Positions 10,147-20,895 of a stretch of DNA of 64,000 bases are shown piece after piece. This DNA comes from Phage NC-B: sequence record MK310183; one strand, 5' to 3'. A model generated the notes under the pieces. The model was not told the DNA's origin. It ran no database searches and saw only the letters and a list, made by a program, of their open reading frames with translations. The position numbers and the translations under genes are program-made. The first letter of the stretch is position 1, and every line of letters starts with the position of its first letter.

Positions 10147-12924
10147 ATGATCGTTTATAACAACCAAGCACCAGCTAATCCTAATAATGTTGGTCAGTTT
10201 GGTGCTACAGAAGGTTCTATTGGAGCCTATAAACAAGCAGCGGAATATGCTGCTGATTCTAAATATTGGGCACTTTTAGCAGAATCTAAATTTGGGACAA
10301 CTGATGACCTGATTGCACAGGTGGAGCGTTTATACCAACAAGGTGTTTTACTCCGAGAAGATATTGAAGATCTGAAGCAGGATTTTGCTGCTCAAGACAT
10401 TCGCTTAATGAATTTGATTGCTCAAACAAATGCTGCTGTTGCAGATGCCAATAACTCAGTTGCACTTATTGATCAAAAGATTGTAGAAGTCCAGAAGCAA
10501 TTGGATATTCTAATGGATATGAAGGTTACTGTCACTACTCTGCCTCCGGGTTCTCAAGCTACTGGCTCTTTTGATAACCAAACTGGTGAGATTAAGCTGG
10601 GAATTCCTGAGGGTGAAAAAGGTGCAGATGGCTCTGTAACAGATCTGTCAACTGTATCTTCTGGGACTCCAGAGCTTGGGGATTTAGGTTTTTATGTAGA
10701 CAAAGATGACAATACTGTACACAAAACCACTCTAGAAAACATTGCTAACCTGATTCCTTCTGTTCGCTCTATCTCTGTCAATGGTGGAGAGGCTCAGGAT
10801 GGTGACGTTGCTTTGGATATTAATAAAACCACAGTGGGTTTAGGTAATGTTCTTAACGTGGCTCAATATAGTCGTCAAGAGATTAATGACAAGTTTGACA
10901 AACCTGTTAAGATTTATCAATCTAAAGCAGAAGCCGATGCAAATGCTCAATATCGTCAAGCCGGAGAATCTGTTTTAGTTTGGGAAGATACTCAGTATGT
11001 ATTCTACACTGTTGCTGCTAATAAAACCTTAACTCCAGTTAAATCTGAAAGTCGTATATTGACAGTAAACTCAAGATCTCCCGACTCTACAGGTAATATT
11101 GATATTACAATACCTACAGGGAACCCTTCTCTGTATTTAGGTGAAATGGTGATGTTTCCTTATGACCCTAATAAAACTGTATCGTATCCCGGTGTGTTGC
11201 CTGCTGATGGTAGATTAGTTTCTAAAGAAAACGCCTCTGATTTAGGTCCATCTCTTGTTAGTGGACAGCTTCCTGTGGTCTCTGAAACAGAATGGCAGGC
11301 CGGTGCTAGACAATACTTCTCTTGGGGTAAATTGGCAGATGGGGTTACTGATGCAGATTCTACTAACTTTATAAGTATCCGACTTCCTGACTGGACTGGT
11401 GGTGAGGCTATCAGGTCTCCTGATTCAGATAAAGATGCTAATTACAAAGGTCGTGTTCAATCTCAGATTCCTTACATTGTAACCGTAAACGGAAAAGCCC
11501 CTGATGATGCTAATGGTAATGTAGTCCTCACAGCTGCTAATGTTGGTGCAGCGGCATCTGGGGCAAATTCAGATATTACCTCTCTTAGTGGACTGACTAC
11601 TCCTCTCTCTGTTGCTCAGGGTGGTACGGGTGTCACCGATATTGGCTCGCTTCGTAGAGCGGCGTTGGTTCAGGGGGTTCTGTGTAATGATCAGGCCGGA
11701 CCTCAATCTTATAACAGTTATAGATCTCCTAACGGGGAATATGCTTTCAAAGTGGATAACTCGGGACTTGTTGCTTCTATTAATGCAGGGACGGAAAATG
11801 TCGTACCTTTTGCTATAGAATCGGGTGGTACAGGAGCCACTTCTGCTTATGATGCCCGTATTTCTTTGGGTTTAGGGAGATTCAGGGAAGAGGGTGTAGA
11901 AACTAAAATCTTCTCCCCAGATTTCGGAACGTATGTATATGTCAACGATACCTCTTGGGGTTGCTATAATACAGAAAGAGGGACTGTACCTTTAGGTATT
12001 GTTCAAGGAGGTACGGGAGCGATAACTGAGGCCGCTGCTCGCGTCAACCTGAAAGTTGATAAACTTATCCAGAGTTCAACTGACACTAAGCTCTTAGATG
12101 GTTCTGGAGAACATACCTTCTTTATTACAGATGCAGATTGGGGGTATTTCAATAACTCTGATTCTTCTCGAGTAGCATTACCGATTATAAGTGGTGGTAC
12201 AGGAGGGAAGACTCCAGCCGAGGGTTCTGAAAAACTAGGAGCTATGCACTGTCAGTATGGTCAATCGACTTTTTATGGTAGCGAAGATTTGCCAACAGGT
12301 ATTGGCTTCTACAATCAAGATGTTTCCCCGTTCCCCGGGGGTAGTGGAGCACCCTACTCCTATGCAGAGATTATGACCATCTCTGAAGGAGGTCGTGGTG
12401 GGAATTGGTCTCAGATTGGTTTCTCTACCATCACCAACCAAGCTCCTCGGTATCGTCAAAGAACTAATGACCCAGCTTTAATTACAAACTGGAGAGATTT
12501 CTTAATCCGAGATTTAAACACAACAGTAGATGTTAATGGTTTTGTCAAAATAGCGTCGCCTATTGTGAAAGTTAAGTCTGACGGCTCTTTTGAAGTTAAC
12601 GATGCAGCGGTTGGTGCGACAGTAGAGAAGCTGGGGGTTGGTATTTATAAGGTTTCTGGTGTCTTAGGTTTTAACTCTGACCCTTCTTGGGGAGGGACTT
12701 CTGGTGGATTCTCAGTTCCTTACAACTCTAACGGATTGGCTCTGCTCTGGGTCGACTATGAGATTGAAGAAACTGGTGATATTATCCTGAAAACCTACCA
12801 TCGTGTCCATGCTGATGCTCCTGTTTTTGCTAGAAATGAAATAGATGGATTAGCGGATGGGGATCCTGTAGATATTCCAGAAGGTCGGTGGATTGATCTT
12901 CGTGTCGAAATGCCATCCAAGTAA
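10147..12924 (+). CDS. tail fibre protein
   Basis: 925 aa; four copies of the tail-fibre repeat GGTG...(A/S)..AR..L(G/K) e.g. SVAQGGTGVTD, IESGGTGATSAYDARISLGL, IVQGGTGAITEAAARVNLKV, IISGGTGGKTPAEGSEKLGA. Confidence 0.7.
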   Translation: MIVYNNQAPANPNNVGQFGATEGSIGAYKQAAEYAADSKYWALLAESKFGTTDDLIAQVERLYQQGVLLREDIEDLKQDFAAQDIRLMNLIAQTNAAVADANNSVALIDQKIVEVQKQLDILMDMKVTVTTLPPGSQATGSFDNQTGEIKLGIPEGEKGADGSVTDLSTVSSGTPELGDLGFYVDKDDNTVHKTTLENIANLIPSVRSISVNGGEAQDGDVALDINKTTVGLGNVLNVAQYSRQEINDKFDKPVKIYQSKAEADANAQYRQAGESVLVWEDTQYVFYTVAANKTLTPVKSESRILTVNSRSPDSTGNIDITIPTGNPSLYLGEMVMFPYDPNKTVSYPGVLPADGRLVSKENASDLGPSLVSGQLPVVSETEWQAGARQYFSWGKLADGVTDADSTNFISIRLPDWTGGEAIRSPDSDKDANYKGRVQSQIPYIVTVNGKAPDDANGNVVLTAANVGAAASGANSDITSLSGLTTPLSVAQGGTGVTDIGSLRRAALVQGVLCNDQAGPQSYNSYRSPNGEYAFKVDNSGLVASINAGTENVVPFAIESGGTGATSAYDARISLGLGRFREEGVETKIFSPDFGTYVYVNDTSWGCYNTERGTVPLGIVQGGTGAITEAAARVNLKVDKLIQSSTDTKLLDGSGEHTFFITDADWGYFNNSDSSRVALPIISGGTGGKTPAEGSEKLGAMHCQYGQSTFYGSEDLPTGIGFYNQDVSPFPGGSGAPYSYAEIMTISEGGRGGNWSQIGFSTITNQAPRYRQRTNDPALITNWRDFLIRDLNTTVDVNGFVKIASPIVKVKSDGSFEVNDAAVGATVEKLGVGIYKVSGVLGFNSDPSWGGTSGGFSVPYNSNGLALLWVDYEIEETGDIILKTYHRVHADAPVFARNEIDGLADGDPVDIPEGRWIDLRVEMPSK

Positions 12925-12932
12925 ATTTAAGA

Positions 12933-12954
12933 ATGCCCTCTTCGGAGGGCTTTA
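12933..12954 (+). terminator. terminator-like hairpin
   Basis: GCCCTC-TTCG-GAGGGC then TTTA. Confidence 0.5.
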
Positions 12955-12967
12955 TGGAGGATTATAA

Positions 12968-15199
12968 ATGTCTAGAGAGTTAATGCCCAAATCTGGGATA
13001 ATGATGCCTCACGTGGTAGTTACTAGAGATGCCGCAGTAGTGGGTGTATCTACTGTAGATGGGGCCGCTGGTGCTATCAACTTAACAGAAAAATACCTTC
13101 AGAAGTCTGACGCTGAAGCAACCTATCAAACGAAAGCAGAAGGGGCTACTAAGCAATATGTAACCGACGCTATCAACCCCATTATGACAAATGCTCTTTT
13201 TAAAGATGACCCCTTTGTTAATAATGACACACCTATTCGCTCTGGCGGTGGTAATGGTGTTGAATCGGTAGATATGATTAAAGTCACCCCTGAGAACACC
13301 ATCAAACTAGGGAGCTATGCTTCTTCTGTTCAGGGGGTTGAGATTCATTCTGCTGGTCGTCTTCAGGTTGTTGATCAGAACGATTCTGGAGTCGAAACTA
13401 AATATCCGGTATACTCCAAAAGATATCGCCCAGAAGTTGAGGATTTACCTTTCGCTTCAATTGGCTCCTATGTTAAAGACTCCAAAGGACGCACTATTGG
13501 TGTAACTCGTACTGGTATCAACTCTGATATCAAACAGCTCACACAGAAAGTTACTTTCACTCAACCAGTAACTGTCCCTGATGCAGTTGGTGATTATGAT
13601 GCGGTTACTTTGAGACAGCTTCGAAACAGTGGTGGCGGTTCTGGTGGTCCTACCATGAGCGGTATCTCTAACTTCGGAATTGGCGACTTTCATTTACGTG
13701 ACAGCCGTGCTTTCATCCCAGCTTTTGAGGTAGTGTCTGATGGGCAGCTTTTGAATCGTGCTGACTACCCAGATTTATGGGCTTATGCACAACTGCTATC
13801 TCCAATCGAAGACTCTCTTTGGTTGAGCGATTGGTCGCAGCGAGGTAGATATTCCAAAGGAGACGGAACAACAACTTTCCGTGTTCCCGATAGGAACGGG
13901 GTTCAGAGTGGTTCTATTAAGTCTTTATTTGCTAGAGGTGACGGTGGCAACTCAGCTAACAACGGAGAGGTTAGACAATCTTCCATTCCTAATATTACTG
14001 GTAAGATTGGTTTTCATGGAAGTGGTGGTGATAACTCGGGTACAGTTTTGGCGAATGGTAGCGGTGCTTTTTCAGTGTCTCAGACAATACCTAGATATTT
14101 AAGCGGTGCAACAATAGTAGCCGCTGGGGCTAGTTCATACGGAGAAGCTAACCTTAATGCGTCTACTGTTAACCCTGTTTATGGTAGGTATCCTGAACTG
14201 GCTGATGAAGTCTTACCTCGCAATTTTACAGGTGTCTGGACTATTCGAGCACACGGTGGATTTACTGCTGCTAACACTTCTTGGTCTGTTATTAACAGTG
14301 ATGCTACAGTGACACCTGACGTGTATGCGAAAGGTGGTTTAATATCATCTGAATATAAAGTATCAGGGGTTGTTAGAGGGTCTGCTACTTTCCAATCGTC
14401 ATACAGGTTAATGAATGATGGAAAGTCTGAAGCATTTGGTGATATCGATGTTAAGACTTCCGAAGGTGGTCTTGGTCATTACTCTTTTAATGAAAAAGGA
14501 AGGCTACAGATAACTAACAGTGGTCCTGATGCTGCTGGTACTTCAGTTTCACTGAAGGGGGTTAATCGAGGCTGGAATGACATACAATTAGACCCCGGAT
14601 ACTCAAGAGAGACCACAGGAGGTGGGATTAACGTTATTAGTGATAATCAGGTTCGAGATAAAATCACAACTGGTATTAACATCTTCTCCTCAATAGACAC
14701 CGGATATCCTACCAAGACTGGTTTTGGGGCATACTCTCCTGGTTCAGATGATTTCGCCAAAGGTTTAATTTATGTCAGTGGGGATGGTGGATTTTTCTCT
14801 CGTTACTTCTTCGACCACTTTGGACAGATTAATGGTACAAATAGAGATGGTCAATTTAGTTATACGAAAAATGGACCATCAGACGAAAGAATAAAACGTG
14901 AGATTAGAGATATTTCCCCAGAGAAAGCCATTAGTGTTATTAAGGGTTTAAATTTCAAATCTTTTATATACACTAATGATGAACAAGAAAGAGTTCGCCG
15001 TGGGGTTATTGCCCAACAGGCAGAGAAAGTGGAACCTCTTTATGTTAAAACTCGAAAATACCCAGGAATGAAGGAAGGTGATCCAGAGATCGAGCAGAAA
15101 GAGCTAGACACTACTCCAATGCTTTTAGATACCATGCAGGTTGTTCAAGATCTGCTGAAGCGTATTGAAGTTCTAGAAGCGAAGTTAGCAGAGAAGTGA
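12968..15199 (+). CDS. tail fibre/tailspike with C-terminal intramolecular chaperone (peptidase S74-like) domain
   Basis: C-terminus PSDERIKREIRDISPEKAISVIKGL...RGVIAQQAEKVEPLY then coiled coil, matching auto-cleaving chaperone domains of phage fibres. Confidence 0.75.
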   Translation: MSRELMPKSGIMMPHVVVTRDAAVVGVSTVDGAAGAINLTEKYLQKSDAEATYQTKAEGATKQYVTDAINPIMTNALFKDDPFVNNDTPIRSGGGNGVESVDMIKVTPENTIKLGSYASSVQGVEIHSAGRLQVVDQNDSGVETKYPVYSKRYRPEVEDLPFASIGSYVKDSKGRTIGVTRTGINSDIKQLTQKVTFTQPVTVPDAVGDYDAVTLRQLRNSGGGSGGPTMSGISNFGIGDFHLRDSRAFIPAFEVVSDGQLLNRADYPDLWAYAQLLSPIEDSLWLSDWSQRGRYSKGDGTTTFRVPDRNGVQSGSIKSLFARGDGGNSANNGEVRQSSIPNITGKIGFHGSGGDNSGTVLANGSGAFSVSQTIPRYLSGATIVAAGASSYGEANLNASTVNPVYGRYPELADEVLPRNFTGVWTIRAHGGFTAANTSWSVINSDATVTPDVYAKGGLISSEYKVSGVVRGSATFQSSYRLMNDGKSEAFGDIDVKTSEGGLGHYSFNEKGRLQITNSGPDAAGTSVSLKGVNRGWNDIQLDPGYSRETTGGGINVISDNQVRDKITTGINIFSSIDTGYPTKTGFGAYSPGSDDFAKGLIYVSGDGGFFSRYFFDHFGQINGTNRDGQFSYTKNGPSDERIKREIRDISPEKAISVIKGLNFKSFIYTNDEQERVRRGVIAQQAEKVEPLYVKTRKYPGMKEGDPEIEQKELDTTPMLLDTMQVVQDLLKRIEVLEAKLAEK

Positions 15200-15202
15200 G
15201 AT

Positions 15203-15225
15203 AAGCCCCTTCGGGGGCTTTTAGG
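15203..15225 (+). terminator. rho-independent terminator
   Basis: AGCCCC-TTCG-GGGGCT then TTTTA. Confidence 0.7.
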
Positions 15226-15288
15226 AGTGAAACTGGTGAATAAGTAATGAAACTACTATATCCAAAAGGAAAATGAAAGGAGAAGAAA

Positions 15289-15507
15289 ATGAAAATGATG
15301 AAACAGGTAACTTATGGTCTAGCTTGCTTAGGGACAGGTTTTGTGATTTCCACAGCAGTACCTGTAAATGCAGTAGGCTCTCATTCTATTATAGAAGCTC
15401 CTGTAGAGAAGCTTAGTTCTCAATGTAAACAAAGGACCATTCAAAATAATTTGGTTGTTATTTGCCCAGACGCTCAATCTTCAGCTCTGAGAAAAATTCT
15501 TCCTTAA
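15289..15507 (+). CDS. small membrane/secreted protein, holin candidate
   Basis: 72 aa, N-terminal hydrophobic segment VTYGLACLGTGFVISTAVPV, strong AAAGGAG SD, immediately upstream of lysozyme. Confidence 0.35.
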   Translation: MKMMKQVTYGLACLGTGFVISTAVPVNAVGSHSIIEAPVEKLSSQCKQRTIQNNLVVICPDAQSSALRKILP

Positions 15508-15540
15508 TTGACCTAAAATAACAACAAAAGGAGGTCAAAG

Positions 15541-16032
15541 ATGGACGCTATCGCATTGCCGCCTGTACAGATGAGCCTAAGTCCGGCTGGTATGGAGTTT
15601 ATCATGAAGCATGAAGGCATGAGAACTAAAGCCTATAAAGACTCCGCTGGAATCTGGACTATATGTGTAGGGGCTACGCGCGATATGAATGGGTATCCAG
15701 TAAGACAAGGATTAACGTATTCTATAGAGGATTGTCTAGCTCTGCTAGATAGAGACACACAAGACTCTGTTCGTGCTACTCAGAAAAACATAAGAGTTCC
15801 TATGCTAGCTCATGAATTTGATGCTGTCACTTCTTTCAACTTTAATGTTGGTGGTGGTGCTTTGTCAACTTCAAAACTTAGGAAAGTGATCAACGGAGAT
15901 GTGAAGGGTGATGTTTACTCAGAGTTCTTACGTTGGGATAAGATAACTGTTAAAGGTGTAAAACAGCAGAGTCCGGGGCTTCACAATCGTAGGGTTGCAG
16001 AAGCAGACCTATACACCACAGGAAAATATTAA
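15541..16032 (+). CDS. lysozyme (glycoside hydrolase family 24, T4-lysozyme-like), likely endolysin
   Basis: catalytic-region motif HEGMRTKAYKDSAGIWTICVGAT. Confidence 0.85.
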   Translation: MDAIALPPVQMSLSPAGMEFIMKHEGMRTKAYKDSAGIWTICVGATRDMNGYPVRQGLTYSIEDCLALLDRDTQDSVRATQKNIRVPMLAHEFDAVTSFNFNVGGGALSTSKLRKVINGDVKGDVYSEFLRWDKITVKGVKQQSPGLHNRRVAEADLYTTGKY

Positions 16033-16044
16033 TGGAGGTGCCTT

Positions 16045-16848
16045 TTGGCTATCGAAACAACTGCGGTAGTAACTACCGACTTAAACCCTCTGTACCCACG
16101 GGACAGGGATTATCTTTATGAAGGGGCTGCCCAGATACGACTGGTCAAACAAGTATTAATTAACACCTTTCCTAACATCACAGAGCCAGTTCAACTTGAC
16201 TCAGATTCTTTCAACATTCTAGCAAACAAGGTCTCCTTTACTGGAGATTCTATGGATGTTGGAGGTTTGATGATCAAAAACTTAACTCCGGGAACAGGAG
16301 ACAAAGACGCTGTAACCAAAGGTCAGATGGAAGCTTTCATGTTGAATTGGATGCAGAATAAACTATACCGTATTGGTGCTTACTACATCACTGAAGAAGA
16401 TATCAACCCCGGAGATTCTAGCTCTCTTGGTTTTGGTTCTTGGGCTAAAGTAACTGGTGTTATTATGGGTACTGGTGTTGTTAACCCTGATGGATCTGTT
16501 CCTAATGCTCAGCGTGTTGAATTCCAAGCAGGTGGCACAGGAGGTCGAGTATTCAACACAATCCGTGCTGACAATATGCCTCTTACTACAATCAATGGTT
16601 CCAGTTTTCAAGTTAGTTCTTATTCTCACTCACATAATATCACGATGGGTCGTGGAGATGCTAGCGGTCACAACAGCAGTCCTAATTGGTATAGTCCGGG
16701 TGGTGGTTATACTCAGGTAACTGATACTAACACTCACTCTCACTCGATTACAGGTTCTGTTAGTTTTGGACGTGATGATGTATCGAGACAACCTATCAAC
16801 ACTTTGCCGCCTTTCAGAGCAGCGCATATCTGGAGACGTATTAGCTAA
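16045..16848 (+). CDS. tail fibre protein (short)
   Basis: DAVTKGQ motif, Gly-rich, paired His motifs HSHNIT / HSHSIT typical of fibre tips. Confidence 0.55.
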   Translation: MAIETTAVVTTDLNPLYPRDRDYLYEGAAQIRLVKQVLINTFPNITEPVQLDSDSFNILANKVSFTGDSMDVGGLMIKNLTPGTGDKDAVTKGQMEAFMLNWMQNKLYRIGAYYITEEDINPGDSSSLGFGSWAKVTGVIMGTGVVNPDGSVPNAQRVEFQAGGTGGRVFNTIRADNMPLTTINGSSFQVSSYSHSHNITMGRGDASGHNSSPNWYSPGGGYTQVTDTNTHSHSITGSVSFGRDDVSRQPINTLPPFRAAHIWRRIS

Positions 16849-16857
16849 GGAGGAACT

Positions 16858-19800
16858 ATGGCGCTTTATCCAATAAAATCTTTAGGGGCTGTAGGGGTTA
16901 TTGCTGACCAAGCTCCGACTGATTTAGCACCTAATGCTTTCACTAATGCTATCAATGCCCGCTTTGTAGAGCAAAGAGTTTTTAAGACGGGGGGCAATGC
17001 CCCTCTTTCTTATGTAGAAGAAGATAAAGAGATTACACCACTTTCTTTTATATCAATGCCTTTTGACTACTATAGTGCAGGTAATAGCTTTCTGATTGTT
17101 GGTACAGACAAAAAGCTATACAAGCTAACAGATGAAAGTTTGACAGATATTAGCCGAAAGGTTGCTACTGTCACAAAAAGAGCTTCCGCTTCTATTAAGA
17201 TATATCCGGTTGTTTCTCAGATTGTTCCTAAAGAAACTTCTATTTCAATGAATTTCAATCAAACTAAAGCCTTGGAAGTTTCTATTCTTCCTGAAGATGC
17301 TAATAACACAGCTTTAGTTTGGGAGGTTAGTAATTCTTCTTATGGTAAAGTAGAAGCTGACACCGAGAACCCTAAAACTGCAACTTTGACGTCTTATGAA
17401 AAAGAAGGGAATTTAGTAGTTACTGTATCAACAGCTGATAAATCTATTAGTGCTCAGATTGCAGTAAACATCATAGATGGTGATTCTGGTATCTTCTTAA
17501 GTCAGGATACAATAACTGTCCGCAAAGGTGGTAACACAACGCTAACTGCTGTTACTGGAAAAACTCCTGTAACTTGGGTCTCTAGTAATGCTTCTGTTGT
17601 GTCTGTAACACCTAATGCTAATACACTGACAGCTACTTTGTCTGCTAATGGTGAGGGTACTGTAACAATAACTGCTGATAACGGAACTAAGAGTGCTTCT
17701 TGTCAAGTTACTGTTATACCTCAGATAGACAGTATCACTCTGAGTCAGACAAGCGTTCAAATGAGCAGGGGTACTCAGTATGTTTTAACTGCTACGGTTA
17801 ATCCTTCAGATGCTCCCAATAAAAGCATAACTTGGACTTCCTCTAATCCTACCATTGCCACAGTTTCTGGAAATAGTACAGAAGCGGTAATAACAGGGTT
17901 ACTAGCTGGGTTTACTGAAATCACAGCTGTTACTCAAGAGGGTGATAGATCAGCAACCTGTACAGTGAGAGTTGATTTAGCTGGGAGAATGATGCGAACT
18001 TCTGCAATGGCTTTATCAGAACCTGTTGTAGATTCTATACAAGAAGAAGAAACCAATAATACTCCTATCGAATCAGAAGAGGTTTTATATTTTGTTAATG
18101 AGCCATCTGGAGTTGATACCTCAGGAATGTATGAAGGTAACAACTTCTATGATTACTCAAACGTCAACGATATGGAAGGTTTTGCACGAGCTGCACTCAT
18201 GTCCAGCGATACTCCGTTGCAATCTTTATCACTAGATATCATCGATGCCTCTCTTGATGTTGGGGAAGATATTGTAATTACAGCCAATGCTTTGCCTGAG
18301 GGAGAGTATTTCTATCAGTGGACAGTGGACAAAGCAGGATATGTTTCAACCACATCTACTACCGGGAAATCTCTAAAACTGACAGCTATTCGTAAAGGTG
18401 AGATCAAAGTTACTTGTACTGCTAGTCAAATGACTCAGAAAGATTATGATGCTTTTGACGACTATCCTTGGTATCACACCATAATCTCTAACTGTGCAGT
18501 GGCTACCACTCACTATGAAACACCACAGGTCAAAGAGTTTGAATCTGAGTATTTCGTAGATCTTCCGGGATGGGGTGAGCAAACAGTCGTTGATAATGAT
18601 GGCAACCCTTCTGTTAAGAAATTTAACTGGAAGTGTGAGCGTATTCGTGCATTCAACAACAGACTTTTTGCTCTGAATATGAGGGAATCTAATGCATCTG
18701 GTGTAACTACTCACTACCCTCTAAGACTTCGGTGGTCGAATTTCGCTAACGAAAACAAAGCTCCATCTCTTTGGGATGATTATGCTTATGATCGTTTAAC
18801 AACTTCAGACCTATCAGCAAACATCGTTGGTCAAACTGAGGCTTTGGAAAATGGGTACGCTGGGTATATAGATTTAGCAGATTCTAACGGAAGCTTGATT
18901 GATGTACTTCCTCTGAAAGATTACCTTTTTGTTTACACGGAGTTCGAAACCTACATTGGCTCTCCAACCAATAACACATATCAGCCCCTTATGTTTAAGA
19001 AGCTGTTTAATGACTCTGGCATACTTGCTCCTGAGTGTGCAGTTGAAGTCGAAGGTGGACACTTCGTAGTAACTCAAAATGATGTGATCTTACATAATGG
19101 TGCATCTAAAAAATCTATAGCATCTAACCGAGTCAAGAATCTTCTCATTAATGAGATCTGTCTAGTAAACCCTCTAGCTACTAGAGTTCACCTACACCAA
19201 GACAAGAAAGAGGTTTGGGTTTTATATGTAGGTCCGGGAGAGCCTAAAGAGAGTTTTGCTTGTAATAAAGCCGCTGTTTGGAATTATGAGTTTGACACTT
19301 GGTCTTTCCGTACAATACCATATGCTCAGTGTATTGGGTTAGTCGATCCACCAGTTCTTGAGAGAGGTCCAATCTGGGCAGATTTTCAAGAGATCACTTG
19401 GGATGATCCCTCTATTAACCAATTAGTCTGGAGAAAGGATGCTAATAACTTCCGTCAAAGGATTACAATAGTTGGCTCTTTCCTGAAGGGATTCTATCAA
19501 GTGGATGTTGGTGCTCTGGACTACATCTATGATAGAACCAATGATAGGATTATAGAAAAACCTTTAGAAATGAGGCTAGAAAGAACTGGTATTGATTTTG
19601 ATAATGTCACTAATGAGTGGAATCAAAAACATATTAATAGATTTAGACCTCAAGTTACTGGTACAGGTACTTATACTTTTGAAGTCGGTGGAAGTCAATT
19701 CTCAAACGAGTATGGACACAATCACTCAACTAAAGAGTTTAGGGTAGGCTCAGATCGTCATGTATCCGTGAGACTGAACCATCCATACCTATTCTATAAT

Positions 19801-19878
19801 GTTATAGATAATGATGTTAACAGTAATGCTTCTATGAATGGTTTAACCATAGAGTTTAGTGTTGGCGGTCGAAGATAA
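16858..19878 (+). CDS. large tail protein with tandem Ig-like (Big_2-type) domains
   Basis: 1006 aa; N-terminal third has repeated approx 85 aa Ig-like units (…TLTA…VSS/TSSN…VTV…). Confidence 0.55.
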   Translation: MALYPIKSLGAVGVIADQAPTDLAPNAFTNAINARFVEQRVFKTGGNAPLSYVEEDKEITPLSFISMPFDYYSAGNSFLIVGTDKKLYKLTDESLTDISRKVATVTKRASASIKIYPVVSQIVPKETSISMNFNQTKALEVSILPEDANNTALVWEVSNSSYGKVEADTENPKTATLTSYEKEGNLVVTVSTADKSISAQIAVNIIDGDSGIFLSQDTITVRKGGNTTLTAVTGKTPVTWVSSNASVVSVTPNANTLTATLSANGEGTVTITADNGTKSASCQVTVIPQIDSITLSQTSVQMSRGTQYVLTATVNPSDAPNKSITWTSSNPTIATVSGNSTEAVITGLLAGFTEITAVTQEGDRSATCTVRVDLAGRMMRTSAMALSEPVVDSIQEEETNNTPIESEEVLYFVNEPSGVDTSGMYEGNNFYDYSNVNDMEGFARAALMSSDTPLQSLSLDIIDASLDVGEDIVITANALPEGEYFYQWTVDKAGYVSTTSTTGKSLKLTAIRKGEIKVTCTASQMTQKDYDAFDDYPWYHTIISNCAVATTHYETPQVKEFESEYFVDLPGWGEQTVVDNDGNPSVKKFNWKCERIRAFNNRLFALNMRESNASGVTTHYPLRLRWSNFANENKAPSLWDDYAYDRLTTSDLSANIVGQTEALENGYAGYIDLADSNGSLIDVLPLKDYLFVYTEFETYIGSPTNNTYQPLMFKKLFNDSGILAPECAVEVEGGHFVVTQNDVILHNGASKKSIASNRVKNLLINEICLVNPLATRVHLHQDKKEVWVLYVGPGEPKESFACNKAAVWNYEFDTWSFRTIPYAQCIGLVDPPVLERGPIWADFQEITWDDPSINQLVWRKDANNFRQRITIVGSFLKGFYQVDVGALDYIYDRTNDRIIEKPLEMRLERTGIDFDNVTNEWNQKHINRFRPQVTGTGTYTFEVGGSQFSNEYGHNHSTKEFRVGSDRHVSVRLNHPYLFYNVIDNDVNSNASMNGLTIEFSVGGRR

Positions 19879-19883
19879 CAAAT

Positions 19884-19912
19884 AGGGGCTTCGGCCCCTT
19901 TTATTGTTTTTA
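19884..19912 (+). terminator. rho-independent terminator
   Basis: GGGGC-TTCG-GCCCC then TTTTATTGTTTTT. Confidence 0.7.
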
Positions 19913-19913
19913 A

Positions 19914-20894
19914 TTGGAGGTACTTATGGGTGCTGGAGGTTTTCGAAAGAATACTGGTAGAAACAACACCACACTTCCGTACAATGTTGGTTTTCTAAAC
20001 AATGTGCAGGATACAGAAACTTACAACGTTGCCGTCTATGATGAACTACAAAAAGTTAGTACAGCAACTAATCAGATGTTTCAAGCTATTGATGAAATAC
20101 ATGAAGAAATTGATGTTAGGATTAAAGCTCTTAATGCAATGAATCTTCAATTTGATGAACTTGAAAACAGAATTACTACAGAGATCGAAACAGCTATTGC
20201 TGATATTCAAACACAGATGGGCAATCTGTCCACTGAAGATATTTGGGATAATTCAGTACAACCGCCAGTTAAGCTAGAAAGTTCTATGGCAGGGTTTAAA
20301 ACTTCTATAGAAGGTAATGAGGTTAAGATACAGTCTGTTGAGGGAATCGTAAACCAGCAGGGAGAGGAAATTGGCTTAGTTCAAACAGAGATCTCCAACA
20401 TTAACAGCAGTCTATCTTCTTATATGAAGCTATCTGACTACGAAGCTACGTGGGGAATTAACTCAAACGTCAACGGCAGGTATGCTGGTGTCAAACTAAC
20501 TAACAACGGCACGAATAGTCAGTTCCAAGTTACAGCTGATAAGTTTGTTGTAGGTGATGGTAACTCAGGTAATACACCTTTTGTGTTTGAAGGAGGTCGA
20601 GCTAAGATAGAGTTTGCTGATATTAAGAATGTCAATATCACAACTGCTCAGATTGCTAATGCTCGTATCCAGTTTGCTCAGATAGATAACGTGTGGATTA
20701 CTGATGGTCAGATTGCCAATCTTACAGCTAACAAGATCACTGCTGGCTCTATGAGTGGTTCAAACTGGAGACTTACTGTTGGCGGGGATTTTGTGATGGG
20801 TGGTACAGGTGGAGCACAGCTCTGGATGAATGGGAATAGAATCGATTTCTATGACGGGAGTGGTGCACTGAGAATCAGGATAGGGAGTTGGTAA
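19914..20894 (+). CDS. tail fibre-like virion protein
   Basis: N-terminal coiled coil; C-terminal repeats AQIANARIQFAQIDNVWITDGQIANLTANKITAG. Confidence 0.45.
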   Translation: MEVLMGAGGFRKNTGRNNTTLPYNVGFLNNVQDTETYNVAVYDELQKVSTATNQMFQAIDEIHEEIDVRIKALNAMNLQFDELENRITTEIETAIADIQTQMGNLSTEDIWDNSVQPPVKLESSMAGFKTSIEGNEVKIQSVEGIVNQQGEEIGLVQTEISNINSSLSSYMKLSDYEATWGINSNVNGRYAGVKLTNNGTNSQFQVTADKFVVGDGNSGNTPFVFEGGRAKIEFADIKNVNITTAQIANARIQFAQIDNVWITDGQIANLTANKITAGSMSGSNWRLTVGGDFVMGGTGGAQLWMNGNRIDFYDGSGALRIRIGSW

Positions 20895-20895
20895 T

